From positions 512,001 to 576,000 of the forward strand of contig CAVXWP010000002.1 in NCBI GenBank assembly GCA_963765495.1: a stretch of DNA of 64,000 nucleotides, written 5' to 3'. Made by a program: the position numbers and the translations under genes. The notes below the pieces were generated by a model. The model searched no databases, was not told the DNA's origin, and saw only the letters and a list, made by a program, of their open reading frames with translations. Shown piece by piece: positions 10,671-21,218 of this stretch (position 1 is its first letter; every line of letters starts with the position of its first letter). The stretch comes from Blastocatellia bacterium (GTDB lineage: Bacteria; Acidobacteriota; Blastocatellia; UBA7656).

Positions 10671-11693
10671 GTGTCTCAAGTGGGAGGTGGCATTTTGGGA
10701 GCGACACAAAAGAGCGGATCCGGCGCACGCGCGCAGGTCGTTATCCCGCGTTCATCGCGGAAGATAAAACGGCCGCGGTCGCACAAATCACCCTTTTCGG
10801 GCGCGGGCGATTTGCTGCAATCTGTTTCCGTATTCCTGAAGCCAGCGGCAGTCGTCGTTTTCGTAGTGCTTATGATCTATGGCTATAACGCGGTGGCCGG
10901 ATCGAAGTTGTTTGAACTCAACAGGGTCGAGGTCAATACAAAAAGCGATGGTCTTCGCAAGGACGTTGAAGAGACGGTGCGTCGCGCCGTGGGGCAATCG
11001 AAATTGCTCGACATCGACCTTGAGGCTATAAGGAAGAGCGTTGAGTTGCTACCTCGGGTACGCTCGGCCACGGTGGCGCGGGCATTGCCCGATGCAATCT
11101 CGGTCCACGTGACCGAGCGGCAGCCTGTGGTGCTCGCGCGGCGCGAATCGGGGCAACTGGTCTGGGTCGATGATGATGGTGTAGAGATGGGCGACATTTC
11201 GGATTTCAGGTCCGAGGGGTCGAAGGATGGTTCAGGCGAGAGGGCGGCTATCCCCCCAATCGCAAAAGGGCTTTCGGAAGGCAAACGCTCGTCGGCTGCT
11301 GTAGCCGATGACCGCGAGCGCATAGCTCTTTACAAAGAGATCGAAGACGGGTTCAAGAAGGAACCGAATCCCGTCTGGGGTCTGCTTGACGAGATTGACC
11401 TGACCTTTATAAGAGACGTGAACATGCGGCTGGCAAATTCGCCGGTCACGGTACACGTCGGAGGCCAGGATTTTCGCAATCGGTTTGAGACGGCTATACA
11501 GGTGCTGGCCGCCATCAAACAGGGAGATTCCGAACTGTTGAGCCGCTTCCGAATCCAGGACCCGGAGCGGCTGATCGAAAACGCGGATAACATCAATTTC
11601 ATAGATGTGGCGCGTTCTGACCGTATAGTTTTGAACTTCTCCAGCCCCGGCAGGGAGAAGATAGCCGTAAAGCAGGAGACTAATAAGAAGTGA
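10671..11693 (+). CDS. ftsQ: cell division protein FtsQ/DivIB (POTRA)
   Basis: Single TM followed by a POTRA-like segment (LPRVRSATVARALPDAISVHVTER); lies just before ftsA. Confidence 0.85.
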   Translation: MSQVGGGILGATQKSGSGARAQVVIPRSSRKIKRPRSHKSPFSGAGDLLQSVSVFLKPAAVVVFVVLMIYGYNAVAGSKLFELNRVEVNTKSDGLRKDVEETVRRAVGQSKLLDIDLEAIRKSVELLPRVRSATVARALPDAISVHVTERQPVVLARRESGQLVWVDDDGVEMGDISDFRSEGSKDGSGERAAIPPIAKGLSEGKRSSAAVADDRERIALYKEIEDGFKKEPNPVWGLLDEIDLTFIRDVNMRLANSPVTVHVGGQDFRNRFETAIQVLAAIKQGDSELLSRFRIQDPERLIENADNINFIDVARSDRIVLNFSSPGREKIAVKQETNKK

Positions 11694-11811
11694 TGCGCGA
11701 AGCGTGATGCGTGATTTTTCGGCAAGGGTCGGATCAAGAGCAACCGGCTGAATATCACGAATCACGAATCACACATCACGCATCGCTCAATGCAGGGCCG
11801 GAGGATTATCA

Positions 11812-13047
11812 ATGCCAAAGGGACATAAACATATTGCCGCGCTCGACATCGGAACGACCGAGGTCAGGGCAGTAGTCGGCGAAATAACAGAAACAGATCA
11901 ACTTGAAATTATCGGCATCGGTCGCGCGCCCTCGCGTGGTGTGCGCAAAGGCGTCGTGGTCAATATTGAAGCTACGGTAGATGCCATAAAACATGCCGTG
12001 GAAGAAGCGGAGATGATGTGCGGTCTGCCCGTTGACGCGGTCTATGTGAGTCTGGGAGGCGCGCAGGTGCGAGGAGTCAACTCTCGGGGAGTCATCGCGA
12101 TCAGTCGCCGCAATCGTGATATTACCGAAGAGGATGTCTATCGCGTGATCGAGCAGGCGCGGGCCGTTAGCGTGCCTACCGATCGCGAAATCATAGATGT
12201 GCTGCCGCAAGAGTTCACCGTCGACGGCCAGGATGGTATAGGCAACCCCATAGGCTTTCTCGGCATGCGGCTAGAGGCCGCCGTCCATGTCGTGACCTCG
12301 CCAATCACCGCGCGCCAAAACGTCATCACCTCGGTCAATCGCTCGGGGATGATGGTAACCGATACGGTTGTCTCTCACGTCGCGGGCAGCGAATCTACGC
12401 TCACCCCGGATGAGAAAGAGTACGGCGCGGCAGTCATAGACATCGGAGCGGACATAACCAATCTGACTATCTATTTCCGCGATGCCATAAGGCACACGGC
12501 GGTCTTTCCGATGGGGGGCAGCCATTTCACAAACGACATCGCCGTCGGTCTGCGCACTCCGGTCCCGGAAGCCGAGCGCATAAAGCGGAGCGAAGGCTGC
12601 GCGCTTGTGGCCCTCATGGCCGACCACGAACGCATGCAGATGGTGGAAGTCCCGTCCGTAGGCGGACGCCAGCCGCGCATGCTCAGCCGTCAGATACTCT
12701 GCGAGATTCTTCAGCCGCGGGCCGAAGAGATATTCTCACTGGCAGGGGACGAAATACAGCGCGCCGGGTTTGAGCGACAGATACTGTCGAGCGTTGTGCT
12801 GATAGGCGGCGGTTCGCTGATGGACGGGGTGGTCGAGATGGCCGAGCAGGTGCTCGATTTGCCCGCCCGCCACGGCATGCCCGATTTCGTCGGCGGGCTT
12901 ACGGGCGAGATAGACAGTCCCGCCTATGCAACGGTAGTCGGTACCATGCTTTACGGTTTTCACAAGCAGATGAATATGAAAAAAATTCATTCGCTCAAGG
13001 ATGGAGCGCCGAAACCAACCGGCTTTTTGCGCAGAATGTTTGGGTGA
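11812..13047 (+). CDS. ftsA: cell division protein FtsA
   Basis: LDIGTT, GVRKGVVVNIE, IDIGA, GGSHFTNDIA and AERIK motifs. Confidence 0.97.
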   Translation: MPKGHKHIAALDIGTTEVRAVVGEITETDQLEIIGIGRAPSRGVRKGVVVNIEATVDAIKHAVEEAEMMCGLPVDAVYVSLGGAQVRGVNSRGVIAISRRNRDITEEDVYRVIEQARAVSVPTDREIIDVLPQEFTVDGQDGIGNPIGFLGMRLEAAVHVVTSPITARQNVITSVNRSGMMVTDTVVSHVAGSESTLTPDEKEYGAAVIDIGADITNLTIYFRDAIRHTAVFPMGGSHFTNDIAVGLRTPVPEAERIKRSEGCALVALMADHERMQMVEVPSVGGRQPRMLSRQILCEILQPRAEEIFSLAGDEIQRAGFERQILSSVVLIGGGSLMDGVVEMAEQVLDLPARHGMPDFVGGLTGEIDSPAYATVVGTMLYGFHKQMNMKKIHSLKDGAPKPTGFLRRMFG

Positions 13048-13087
13048 AAAAAAACTAAAAAATGTTTACAAGCATCCGAAAAAATAG

Positions 13088-13116
13088 TTGTGAGGCTAGG
13101 GCGACTGTGCTACTAT
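13088..13116 (+). promoter_or_regulatory. putative sigma70 promoter upstream of ftsZ
   Basis: TTGTGA-17 bp-TACTAT in the 328-bp ftsA-ftsZ gap, with an A-rich upstream region. Confidence 0.45.
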
Positions 13117-13375
13117 GCGGTGTGTCTTCAGGAACAAGGTCTACCATATATTGTAGCAATCGGCTGCCCGCCTCAAAGGCATTGTTAGGAGAACCCCCAC
13201 CGCGATGGACGCCAGACAACAGCGCCCAGAGGGGTATTTGTGTGTGTTTGTCAGACACCTCTGGCAATGTTTGAAGTATTTGCAGTTTGAATAGGCTTTG
13301 AGGATGAGTGAGTATCGGCAATATTGCCCTTCGCTCACCCGGTTGCTAATTGATAGCTCGCAGGAGGCACCCATA

Positions 13376-14527
13376 ATGTCAACGGACGAACGAAAAGAAA
13401 TCCGCAGCGGACTCATAACATTCGATGAACCGATCCAGGCGGTCAACGGAGCCAATATAAAGGTGATTGGCATCGGTGGCGGAGGCGGCAATGCGGTAAA
13501 CAGAATGATCGAAGCCGGGATCGAAGGGGTCCAGTTCCTGGTTGCAAATACGGATCTGCAGGCTTTGAAAAATTCCAGGGCCTCGATAAAGCTCCAGGTA
13601 GGCGAGAAATTGACTCGCGGGCTTGGGGCGGGCGGCGACCCCGAGATAGGTCGCCAGTCGGCGCTTGAAGACACGGAGAAGATCATCGAAGCGATTGAAG
13701 GCGCTGATATGGTCTTTATCACTACGGGACTGGGCGGCGGAACCGGCACGGGCGCGGCCCCGATAATCGCAAGCCTCGCCACAGAGCTTGGCGCGCTCAC
13801 GGTCGCCGTTGTGACAAAGCCTTTCCGTTTCGAAGGACGCCGCCGCCAGCGCCAGGCCGAACAGGGGCTCAACGAATTGCGCGAATGCGTCGATACGGTC
13901 ATCACGATCCCAAACGAGCGATTGCTAAACGCGGTTACAAAGGCCACTCCCTTTGTCGAATCCTTCAAGCTGGCTGACGATGTTCTGCGCCAGGCCGTGC
14001 AGGGCATATCCGACATCATCACCGTGCCCGGCCTGATAAACGTGGATTTTGCTGATGTTAAGACCATCATGGCCGGGATGGGCATAGCCCTTATGGGAAC
14101 GGGGTCGGCATCGGGCGAAAGCCGCGCGCTTGAAGCCACTCAGCGAGCTATATCGAGCCCGCTGCTGGAAGAGGCTTCGATAGAAGGGGCAAAGGGATTG
14201 CTTGTGAATGTGACGGGCGGGACCGATTTGACGCTGTTTGAGGTCAACGAGGCGATGTCGATCATCCACGATTCGGCAGACCCGGATGCCAACATCATAT
14301 TCGGCGCTGTGCTTGACGACCGTCAGGGCGACGAGATGAAAATAACCGTAATCGCTACAGGATTTGAAAAAGCGGTGACATCGGCAGAGCCTGTGCGCCC
14401 GTTTCCGGGACCGCCTTCGAACGACCCGCGAGGCGGAGGTCCGGGACATCGAAACGACGATATGGGCGAACCAATCCGCCGCGACGATATAAATGTTCCG
14501 GCCTTTATGCGCAAGAAAGCCGATTAG
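13376..14527 (+). CDS. ftsZ: cell division GTPase FtsZ
   Basis: [18 protein letters not shown] and INVDFADV motifs; C-terminal PAFMRK; AGGAGG RBS before ATG 13376. Confidence 0.98.
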   Translation: MSTDERKEIRSGLITFDEPIQAVNGANIKVIGIGGGGGNAVNRMIEAGIEGVQFLVANTDLQALKNSRASIKLQVGEKLTRGLGAGGDPEIGRQSALEDTEKIIEAIEGADMVFITTGLGGGTGTGAAPIIASLATELGALTVAVVTKPFRFEGRRRQRQAEQGLNELRECVDTVITIPNERLLNAVTKATPFVESFKLADDVLRQAVQGISDIITVPGLINVDFADVKTIMAGMGIALMGTGSASGESRALEATQRAISSPLLEEASIEGAKGLLVNVTGGTDLTLFEVNEAMSIIHDSADPDANIIFGAVLDDRQGDEMKITVIATGFEKAVTSAEPVRPFPGPPSNDPRGGGPGHRNDDMGEPIRRDDINVPAFMRKKAD

Positions 14528-14550
14528 CGCCGAAAGACTCCTGCAAGCTA

Positions 14551-14588
14551 AGGGGCCGCTGCTCATTTTGCAGCGGCCCTTTGTTTTA
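14551..14588 (+). terminator. rho-independent terminator after ftsZ
   Basis: GGGCCGCTGC/GCAGCGGCCC stem followed by TTTGTTTT. Confidence 0.8.
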
Positions 14589-14857
14589 TAGTTGAATGAG
14601 CGTGCTGAAAGTAAAAATCCCGGACCTTCAGGTGAATTCATTTGAGTTTTCCGCCGGGGAGCACTAAAATGCATTTTGCTCGCCAAGATTCCATCGGAGG
14701 ATCGTTATGCTGTATTTGCAGCCCTATCAACGAGGTCCTGCAACATAAACCGGACACACTGCAATATCTATAGTTTCCTTTTCAGCAACCAGAGTGATAA
14801 AACCCTCTTTGAAGGGTAGGGATATTCAAGCCCGTGTCGTAGCGGAGACATAACTGG

Positions 14858-16612
14858 ATGCAAACAGTAGATGAACTGGAAATAAGTTACACCCAATTAG
14901 AGAGTCCAAAGATCAAGACCCGGCTCACTCTGTTTGACAGGCTCGAACAGAGAAAGACGATTCTATTGATCGCGATGGTCGCTCTGGCCTTTTGCGTACG
15001 CGTCTACAGGCTGGACGAAGCGGGGCTTGCCGAAGATGAAGCCAACAAAATATTTGCCGTCCGCGTCTATCATCAGGGCGACTTCACGGTGAATTCCGAA
15101 CACCCTATGGTGATGAAGATGTTGAGCTTCATCTCTCTGGAGTTGAGCGATGTATGGAACCGTCTGATCAGGGGACGAGCGGGACTCGCCATCGCGGAAG
15201 AGACGGCCTTGAGACTGCCCAATGTGTTATTCGGGGCGCTCACCGTCATTCCTTTGTTGCTGTTTACGACCGCGATTCTGGGCTTCCGCGTGGGGCTTAT
15301 CAGTTCCCTTCTCTGGACGCTCGGGCTAAACGCCATCTGGTTCAACCGCGTAGGCAAGGAAGACACGTTGCTGGTCTTCTTTATGTTCGTGGGTTTCTAT
15401 TTTTACTACAGGGCGAAATCCGAGCCCGCTTCAAACCCGGCGGGCGAGGAGAAATTCTTCGCGCTTGCAGGCATGGCTTTCGGGTTGATGCTGGCGTCAA
15501 AGTATTTCCCGCATTTTCTTGGGCTGAGCGCCCTGTTTTACAACATAATAGGAAACGACAGCCAAAACAATCGCCCGAAATCGGGCCGCATCAAGCTCAT
15601 CTTTTTCGGCTCTATTATTCTATCCATAGCCATCTTCAACTGGGCCGCCTTTGTTCCGCAAACGTGGCGTTATCTGCTTGCCTGGCTCCGCGAAGATTTG
15701 CTGACACACCACGGCTACAGGATAGGGGATTCGCTTTATCCGAACGACTTAACGGATACGCCCGGCGGGATGCCCTGGTACTTTTATTTTCTGTATCTGG
15801 GGGTCAAGATCCCGCTCCCTCTCCTTATAGCCTTTGCCGTGGGTGTCTTCGAAATATTCCGCCGCCGCATTCAGCCCGATGCCCCTGTGGATAAGCCCGG
15901 CTTTTACGGGCGAGGATATCTTTTCTTGCGGATGATGGTTTTCTTATGGCTTATTCCGATGGCAATAATGGGAGCCAAGTTTTTGCGCTACACGCTCACC
16001 TTGATGCCTTTCGTTTATATGACGGCGGCGGTCGGCATAGTAGTCATCTGGCGCGTGATTGCAGGTTGGATGAAGAGACTATCTTTTGAGCAAAGAATCG
16101 CGCGAATCGCCATAGCAACAACCGTGGTCGCTGTTTTCATAGTTGCGCCCTCGATTGCCACGCTGAACAGCCTGCCAACTCCGAGCCTGTTTATGAATGC
16201 GATAGGAGGCAACCGCGCGGGCTATTTCTTTCCTCACGACGAATTCTATGATCTGGGCGCGAGAGAGAGCATAAAGTACATTGCCGACAATGCGCCGGAG
16301 GGCATCACTATTGCCAGCGAAGTACCCGGTGTCGTGCAGTACTACCTCCAGAAGTACAACCGGACCGATATAAAATCACTGGCGATCTCACATCCTGAAT
16401 TCAGTCTTGCCCGAAGCCGTCCTTATTACGTTTTGTTGCAGCCGGGACGGGTCTATTTCGAAAATCAAGAAATCTTCAAATTTATCGAGCGCACATATCC
16501 GGTCGTGCAGGCCAGCACTTACGAGGGCGTAGCCGCGTCTCAGGTTTACAAGGTGACGGATGGCGGCCCGCCCGATGCAGGGATGGCGGCAGGCCGCCAA
16601 TCACTCAGATGA
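14858..16612 (+). CDS. ArnT/PMT-like membrane glycosyltransferase (GT83/GT39-like)
   Basis: Multi-TM protein with an early DE motif (AEDEA), HPM loop, LRLP, ASKY and PWYFY. Confidence 0.8.
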   Translation: MQTVDELEISYTQLESPKIKTRLTLFDRLEQRKTILLIAMVALAFCVRVYRLDEAGLAEDEANKIFAVRVYHQGDFTVNSEHPMVMKMLSFISLELSDVWNRLIRGRAGLAIAEETALRLPNVLFGALTVIPLLLFTTAILGFRVGLISSLLWTLGLNAIWFNRVGKEDTLLVFFMFVGFYFYYRAKSEPASNPAGEEKFFALAGMAFGLMLASKYFPHFLGLSALFYNIIGNDSQNNRPKSGRIKLIFFGSIILSIAIFNWAAFVPQTWRYLLAWLREDLLTHHGYRIGDSLYPNDLTDTPGGMPWYFYFLYLGVKIPLPLLIAFAVGVFEIFRRRIQPDAPVDKPGFYGRGYLFLRMMVFLWLIPMAIMGAKFLRYTLTLMPFVYMTAAVGIVVIWRVIAGWMKRLSFEQRIARIAIATTVVAVFIVAPSIATLNSLPTPSLFMNAIGGNRAGYFFPHDEFYDLGARESIKYIADNAPEGITIASEVPGVVQYYLQKYNRTDIKSLAISHPEFSLARSRPYYVLLQPGRVYFENQEIFKFIERTYPVVQASTYEGVAASQVYKVTDGGPPDAGMAAGRQSLR

Positions 16613-17502
16613 AGCGGTTAATTATAAACGCGGATGATTTTGGATTCACGCCCGGAGTTAACGCCGGGATTGTCCGGGCGTTTCAGGAAGGCATTTTGAC
16701 AAGCACTACCATAATGGCCAACGGCGAAGCCTTCGATGATGCGGTGACGCTTGCCCTCGCAAATCCCGGCCTCGGAGTGGGCTGTCATCTGGCAGTTGTA
16801 GGAGGCCGCCCCGTAGCCCCAACGCGCGAGGTCGCTTCACTGGTAGATGAAAACGGATTTATGCCTGCCACCCTGACACAATTGATGATGAAGATGGCAC
16901 GCGGCGCCGTTCAAACAACAGACATAGAACGTGAATTCCGCGCTCAGATCGAGCGGGTAGTAAAAGCAGGCATAAAGCCTTCTCACCTCGACACTCATAA
17001 ACACACGCATATGCATCCGCGAGTAATGAAAGCGCTTGCGCGGGTAGCCGTTGAATACGGCATCACGAGCATTCGCAATCCCTTCGAGAATATTCAGGGT
17101 CCCCGACCGACAGGCGATGCCGCTCGCGCTCAAAGGCGCGCCTATTTCAAACAATATATCATCTCGCTTGCCGTCAAAGGGCAGGCATGGCGATTCAACC
17201 GCGTAGTCCGGTCCAATCAATTGCGAACGCCGGATAACTTTTTCGGCGTCGCCCTGACCGGGTTGCTCGATAGCTCGGCGGTTCATCAAATAATCGGTTC
17301 GGTGAAAGAGGGTACGACCGAGTTGATGTGCCATCCGGGCATCTGTGACCGGGCACTTGAACAGGCGACAACGCGCCTGAAGCACGAACGCGAGCGAGAG
17401 CTTGAAGCCCTCACCGAACCTGCTCTGCGGCGCTTTGCTTTAGAGCAAGGAATAGAATTAATCAGCTACAAGGAATTTGAGTATCACCATGTTGGAAATT
17501 GA
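16609..17502 (+). CDS. ChbG/HpnK (YdjC-family) carbohydrate deacetylase
   Basis: LIINADDFG, GCHL, SHLDTHKH and ELMCHPG motifs. Confidence 0.9.
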   Translation: MKRLIINADDFGFTPGVNAGIVRAFQEGILTSTTIMANGEAFDDAVTLALANPGLGVGCHLAVVGGRPVAPTREVASLVDENGFMPATLTQLMMKMARGAVQTTDIEREFRAQIERVVKAGIKPSHLDTHKHTHMHPRVMKALARVAVEYGITSIRNPFENIQGPRPTGDAARAQRRAYFKQYIISLAVKGQAWRFNRVVRSNQLRTPDNFFGVALTGLLDSSAVHQIIGSVKEGTTELMCHPGICDRALEQATTRLKHERERELEALTEPALRRFALEQGIELISYKEFEYHHVGN

Positions 17503-18511
17503 AGGAGTCTATCCGAAGTATTCCGTAGTCATCCCTTTTCACAATGAACAGGAGAGCATAGAAGAACTCTACATCAGGCTTTCGGATGTGATGAGCGGGC
17601 GATTTGAGCCTGTCGAGTTCATCTTCATTGATGACCATAGCACGGATGCCACGGCCCGAATTCTGGCCAGAATAGCCGGGCAGGACCCTCGCGTAGTCGT
17701 GATCCGATTGAAGCGCAACTACGGCCAGACCGTGGCGCTTGCAGCCGGGTTCGATTACGCCGAAGGCGATGTAATCATCTCAATGGATGGCGACCTGCAA
17801 CACGACCCTGCCGATGTTCCCCTATTTATTTCAGAGTATGAAAGAACGGAGTGCGACATCGTAAGCGGGTGGCGAAAGAAACGAGTTGACAACTTTCTGC
17901 TGCGCCGATTCCCTTCGAGAGTAGCCAACTGGCTGATGGCGAAATTGTCCGGCGTAAACATCCACGACTTCGGCACCACATTCAAACTATATCGCAAAGA
18001 CACGATCAAGCAGATAAGGCTTTACGGAGATATGCACCGATTTATCCCGGCGCTCGCGTCGTGGGACGGAGCTACGATAACAGAGGTGCCGATTCGCAAC
18101 ATAGAGCGCCCGGGCGGGCAATCACATTACGGGTTGTCGAGGACCGTGCGCGTCCTGTTCGATCTGATTACGATCAGATTTTTGCTGAAATATGTGACGC
18201 GGCCTTTGCATTTTTTTGGCCCTCCCGGGTTGCTCAGCACAACGGTCGGGATATTGATAACCTGTTTCCTGCTGATAAAAAAGGCACTCTACAGCATTGA
18301 TCTTATGGACCATCACGGCCCCATCATGTTGCTGGGAGCGGTGCTCATCATCGCAGGGATTCAGCTAATCACTTCCGGGTTGATCGGAGAGATATTGAGC
18401 CGTACCTATTTCGAATCTCAGGGCAAGACCATCTACTCAATTGAAAAGATCACAAAATCGAGTGGGGCTCCACCCGTTGTGCAGCCCCCTGATTACGCAG
18501 ACAAGTTTTGA
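17489..18511 (+). CDS. GT2 polyprenyl-phosphate glycosyltransferase (ArnC/DPM1-like)
   Basis: SVVIPFHNE, IDDHSTD, RNYGQ, MDGDLQHDP and YGDMHRFIP motifs; two C-terminal TMs. Confidence 0.9.
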   Translation: MLEIEGVYPKYSVVIPFHNEQESIEELYIRLSDVMSGRFEPVEFIFIDDHSTDATARILARIAGQDPRVVVIRLKRNYGQTVALAAGFDYAEGDVIISMDGDLQHDPADVPLFISEYERTECDIVSGWRKKRVDNFLLRRFPSRVANWLMAKLSGVNIHDFGTTFKLYRKDTIKQIRLYGDMHRFIPALASWDGATITEVPIRNIERPGGQSHYGLSRTVRVLFDLITIRFLLKYVTRPLHFFGPPGLLSTTVGILITCFLLIKKALYSIDLMDHHGPIMLLGAVLIIAGIQLITSGLIGEILSRTYFESQGKTIYSIEKITKSSGAPPVVQPPDYADKF

Positions 18512-18528
18512 GTGTGGACGCGCGCTCA

Positions 18529-19344
18529 TCAGTCTTCGATGATGAAGTAATCGGCGCGAGAAAGCGTAGTCTGTGAGCTTGCCGGGCGCGGAAGTTCTAC
18601 ACGGTCGCGGCGGATCTTGTTTGAGATCACTACCGGGGGTTGCTCACCATAATCAAGCAGGGCGTGGAAGGGCAAGCTGTCGAACCGTTCCGAACCCTCC
18701 GAGTGTCTGAGGATGCTTTCGCCTTGCGGGCCGCTGAGGGTTTCAAACAATTCAACGCCACGCAAATGGCCGCGATTATCCACCACGACAACAGGGATCA
18801 TCTCCGCCTGCCCGCCGTCGGAAGGCTGCTCCAACACGCGACGCTCCATCTCGCGCAGTTGATCTTTTTTCTCGTTGAGCAGATCGGAAAGCTTCAGGAG
18901 CATCTCCTCACTGAGGTTTTCGATTTCAGGCTTCTCCCGGGCAAAGAGGGTCTCTTCCCAATCACGAATCATATCCCATGCCCGCTCGGGAATTTCGGCC
19001 TGTTCGGATTGGGCCGGATTATACCGGGCGGCAATCTGTTCAACGCGCGAATACTCGGCCAATTCCTCGATGCACCTCTGGCAGGTAGCCACGTGCGCGG
19101 CCGTTTTCGGGTCGTGTTCGCCATAGAAGAGCGTAGCCAGCCGGCTCACATCCGGGTGGGATTCCGGGATTTGAGACTTGAGATTTGCGGCTTGAGACTT
19201 GAGGGCGCGCACGATTTCTGCCACCGATTCGCACTCGGGGCATTCGGATATGTGCTGTTTGATCTCCTCTTCGGAGCGATCATCAAGACCGCCGTTAAGA
19301 TAATCAAATAATTGGGTGTCGGGATGCGTTGACTTACTCTCCAT
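18529..19344 (-). CDS. anti-sigma factor-like protein with two zf-HC2 motifs
   Basis: HISECPEC and HVATCQRC (HxxxCxxC); directly downstream of the ECF sigma gene. Confidence 0.7.
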   Translation of the reverse strand: MESKSTHPDTQLFDYLNGGLDDRSEEEIKQHISECPECESVAEIVRALKSQAANLKSQIPESHPDVSRLATLFYGEHDPKTAAHVATCQRCIEELAEYSRVEQIAARYNPAQSEQAEIPERAWDMIRDWEETLFAREKPEIENLSEEMLLKLSDLLNEKKDQLREMERRVLEQPSDGGQAEMIPVVVVDNRGHLRGVELFETLSGPQGESILRHSEGSERFDSLPFHALLDYGEQPPVVISNKIRRDRVELPRPASSQTTLSRADYFIIED

Positions 19345-19366
19345 ACTTCACCTGAATCGATAATGA

Positions 19367-20077
19367 TTATGTGCCGGAAACCTTTGGGGGGTTGCCAAGC
19401 AACTGCTCGGCCGATGTAATGCCATGCTCTTCGAGCCAGTTCATCAACCTGACGCGCAGGCGGCGGGCTCGCTGATAGACCAGATCTTCAGAGATATCGT
19501 ACTTTTCCGAAATCTCTTTGGCACCCAGTCCACCGATTATGTACTCGTTCACAATCATTCCGTCTTTCCAATCGCGACAGACATCTTCAAGCAGGCTGTC
19601 TACGATCTTTCTCTGCTCGCGATTGAGCATGCGCGTTTCGGGCGAAGGCTCCCTCGAAGGCGCGGAGTCAATCGCCGTAGGCAGGTCCGAATCCGGGTCA
19701 GCCATCCGGCGTGGATTCCACGACTTGTCGCGGCGCACTCGTCTGATCGTATCGATCATCTCGCTGCTCGCGATCCTTGCAATAAAGCTTGAGAGTTTCC
19801 CTTCTCTGCGCCATTGCACCAGACCCCTGTAAACCTTGAAGACCACCCGCGAAATCACATCGTCGGCAGAATCCCAGGCAGGGAAATTATACCTGGAGCT
19901 ACGCACAACGTGATTTATCAGCCATTGATAGCGGCCCAAAATCGCTTCGAAACAGAGATGTGCCCTCTGGCGGTCGCTCTTAGCGTGCTCCAGAAACTGG
20001 TCTACAAGCTCCTCATCATCCAAATTGTCGAGCAGGCTTTTATCAGCCCTGTCTTCCGATCCTATCTGGTCCGACAT
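19367..20077 (-). CDS. ECF-type RNA polymerase sigma factor
   Basis: Region-2-like segment (DDVISRVVFKVY…FIARIA…IDTIR) and region-4 HTH (AKEISEKYDISEDLVY). Confidence 0.8.
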   Translation of the reverse strand: MSDQIGSEDRADKSLLDNLDDEELVDQFLEHAKSDRQRAHLCFEAILGRYQWLINHVVRSSRYNFPAWDSADDVISRVVFKVYRGLVQWRREGKLSSFIARIASSEMIDTIRRVRRDKSWNPRRMADPDSDLPTAIDSAPSREPSPETRMLNREQRKIVDSLLEDVCRDWKDGMIVNEYIIGGLGAKEISEKYDISEDLVYQRARRLRVRLMNWLEEHGITSAEQLLGNPPKVSGT

Positions 20078-20198
20078 GCGCTACCTTATTTCCGTTTCTG
20101 AATGTCCGGTAACCGGCGAGCGCATTTTATCATCCTGACTGATTTGCTGAAAGCCCGGTCGGCTAGACGGGGGGTGAAAGAAATGCCTGACAGGAGAC

Positions 20199-20294
20199 GT
20201 GATGCGTGAAGAGTGATCCGTGATTTACAAGGATTGAAAGGTGTCTTAAACCTGCGGCCTAGCTGAAAATCACGGATCACTCTTCACGCATCAC
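20199..20294. repeat. perfect 28-bp inverted repeat built from heptamers
   Basis: GTGATGCGTGAAGAGTGATCCGTGATTT (20199-20226) and its reverse complement (20267-20294). Confidence 0.9.
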
Positions 20295-21215
20295 TCTTGA
20301 AATATCGGCAATCAATTTGTGGGCGCGAGGTTCGCTTTCGATGCCCCGCGTTAAGACTACCAGGACGTAGGGTTTGCGATGAGGCGGAAAAACTATGGCG
20401 GCATCGTGATTGATCCCGGTAATCGATCCGGTCTTGTGAGCGACCAGGAAAGTCGCTGGCAATCCCGAGGGGATACCTTCGTTGAACTGCTGTTTGAGCA
20501 GTATCTTTATCATCTTGTTTGATGCATCGGCAGATACGGCTCGACGCTCGGCTATCAATCGCAGGATAATCAACAGGTCGCGGGCCGTCGTCGTATTATT
20601 CATCCCGCGCTCGTAGGCTTTGCCGTCTTCAACGCCGCGCAGTACGCGAATATTTGCGGCTCCTATCTGGCGCATCAACTCCATAACGCGCGGGGCCTTT
20701 ATCCGGTCTATCAAAATATTGGTAGCCAGATTGCTGCTTGAGACTATCATCAATCGAACAAGCTCGCGTATGGTCTCCTTCTGTTCGACCATTTTATAAA
20801 GCGATTGCTCGGAATCGCTATCGGGTGAAATCGAGAAATGAGTGCCGTCGGCTATGCTGACGAAATCATTTTTTATAGTTATGGATTGATCGAGCGAGAG
20901 CTTGCCCTGACTCTCCTGGCGAAAGACCTCCATCATTACAGGAATCTTCATCGTACTTGCCGCGTGAAAGCTCTCATCAGCATTGATCATTATCTGGTTG
21001 CCGTTTGCAAAGTCGTAAAAGGCCACGGCCACCATTTCGGCTCCGCTTTCGCCAATCAGCCTCTCTATATTTTCGCGCCAGTCATCAAGACCTGCCGGGC
21101 CGGATTGGTAAGCAGAAACGGAGAGCGAGCAAACAATAAAGGCAGAGATAAGCGCGACACAGGCAAAGGCACGAACATAAAAGAGAAGTCGGGTTGCGCT
21201 TGGACAGGTTCGCAT
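20277..21215 (-). CDS. class A beta-lactamase-like serine hydrolase
   Basis: AASTMK (SxxK), SSN and HKTG motifs; signal peptide. Confidence 0.85.
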   Translation of the reverse strand: MRTCPSATRLLFYVRAFACVALISAFIVCSLSVSAYQSGPAGLDDWRENIERLIGESGAEMVAVAFYDFANGNQIMINADESFHAASTMKIPVMMEVFRQESQGKLSLDQSITIKNDFVSIADGTHFSISPDSDSEQSLYKMVEQKETIRELVRLMIVSSSNLATNILIDRIKAPRVMELMRQIGAANIRVLRGVEDGKAYERGMNNTTTARDLLIILRLIAERRAVSADASNKMIKILLKQQFNEGIPSGLPATFLVAHKTGSITGINHDAAIVFPPHRKPYVLVVLTRGIESEPRAHKLIADISRVMREE

Positions 21216-21218
21216 AAT

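Noticed and set aside
20277-21215. Acquired antibiotic-resistance beta-lactamase
   Set aside because: Chromosomal context and SSN rather than SDN; only family membership is supported.
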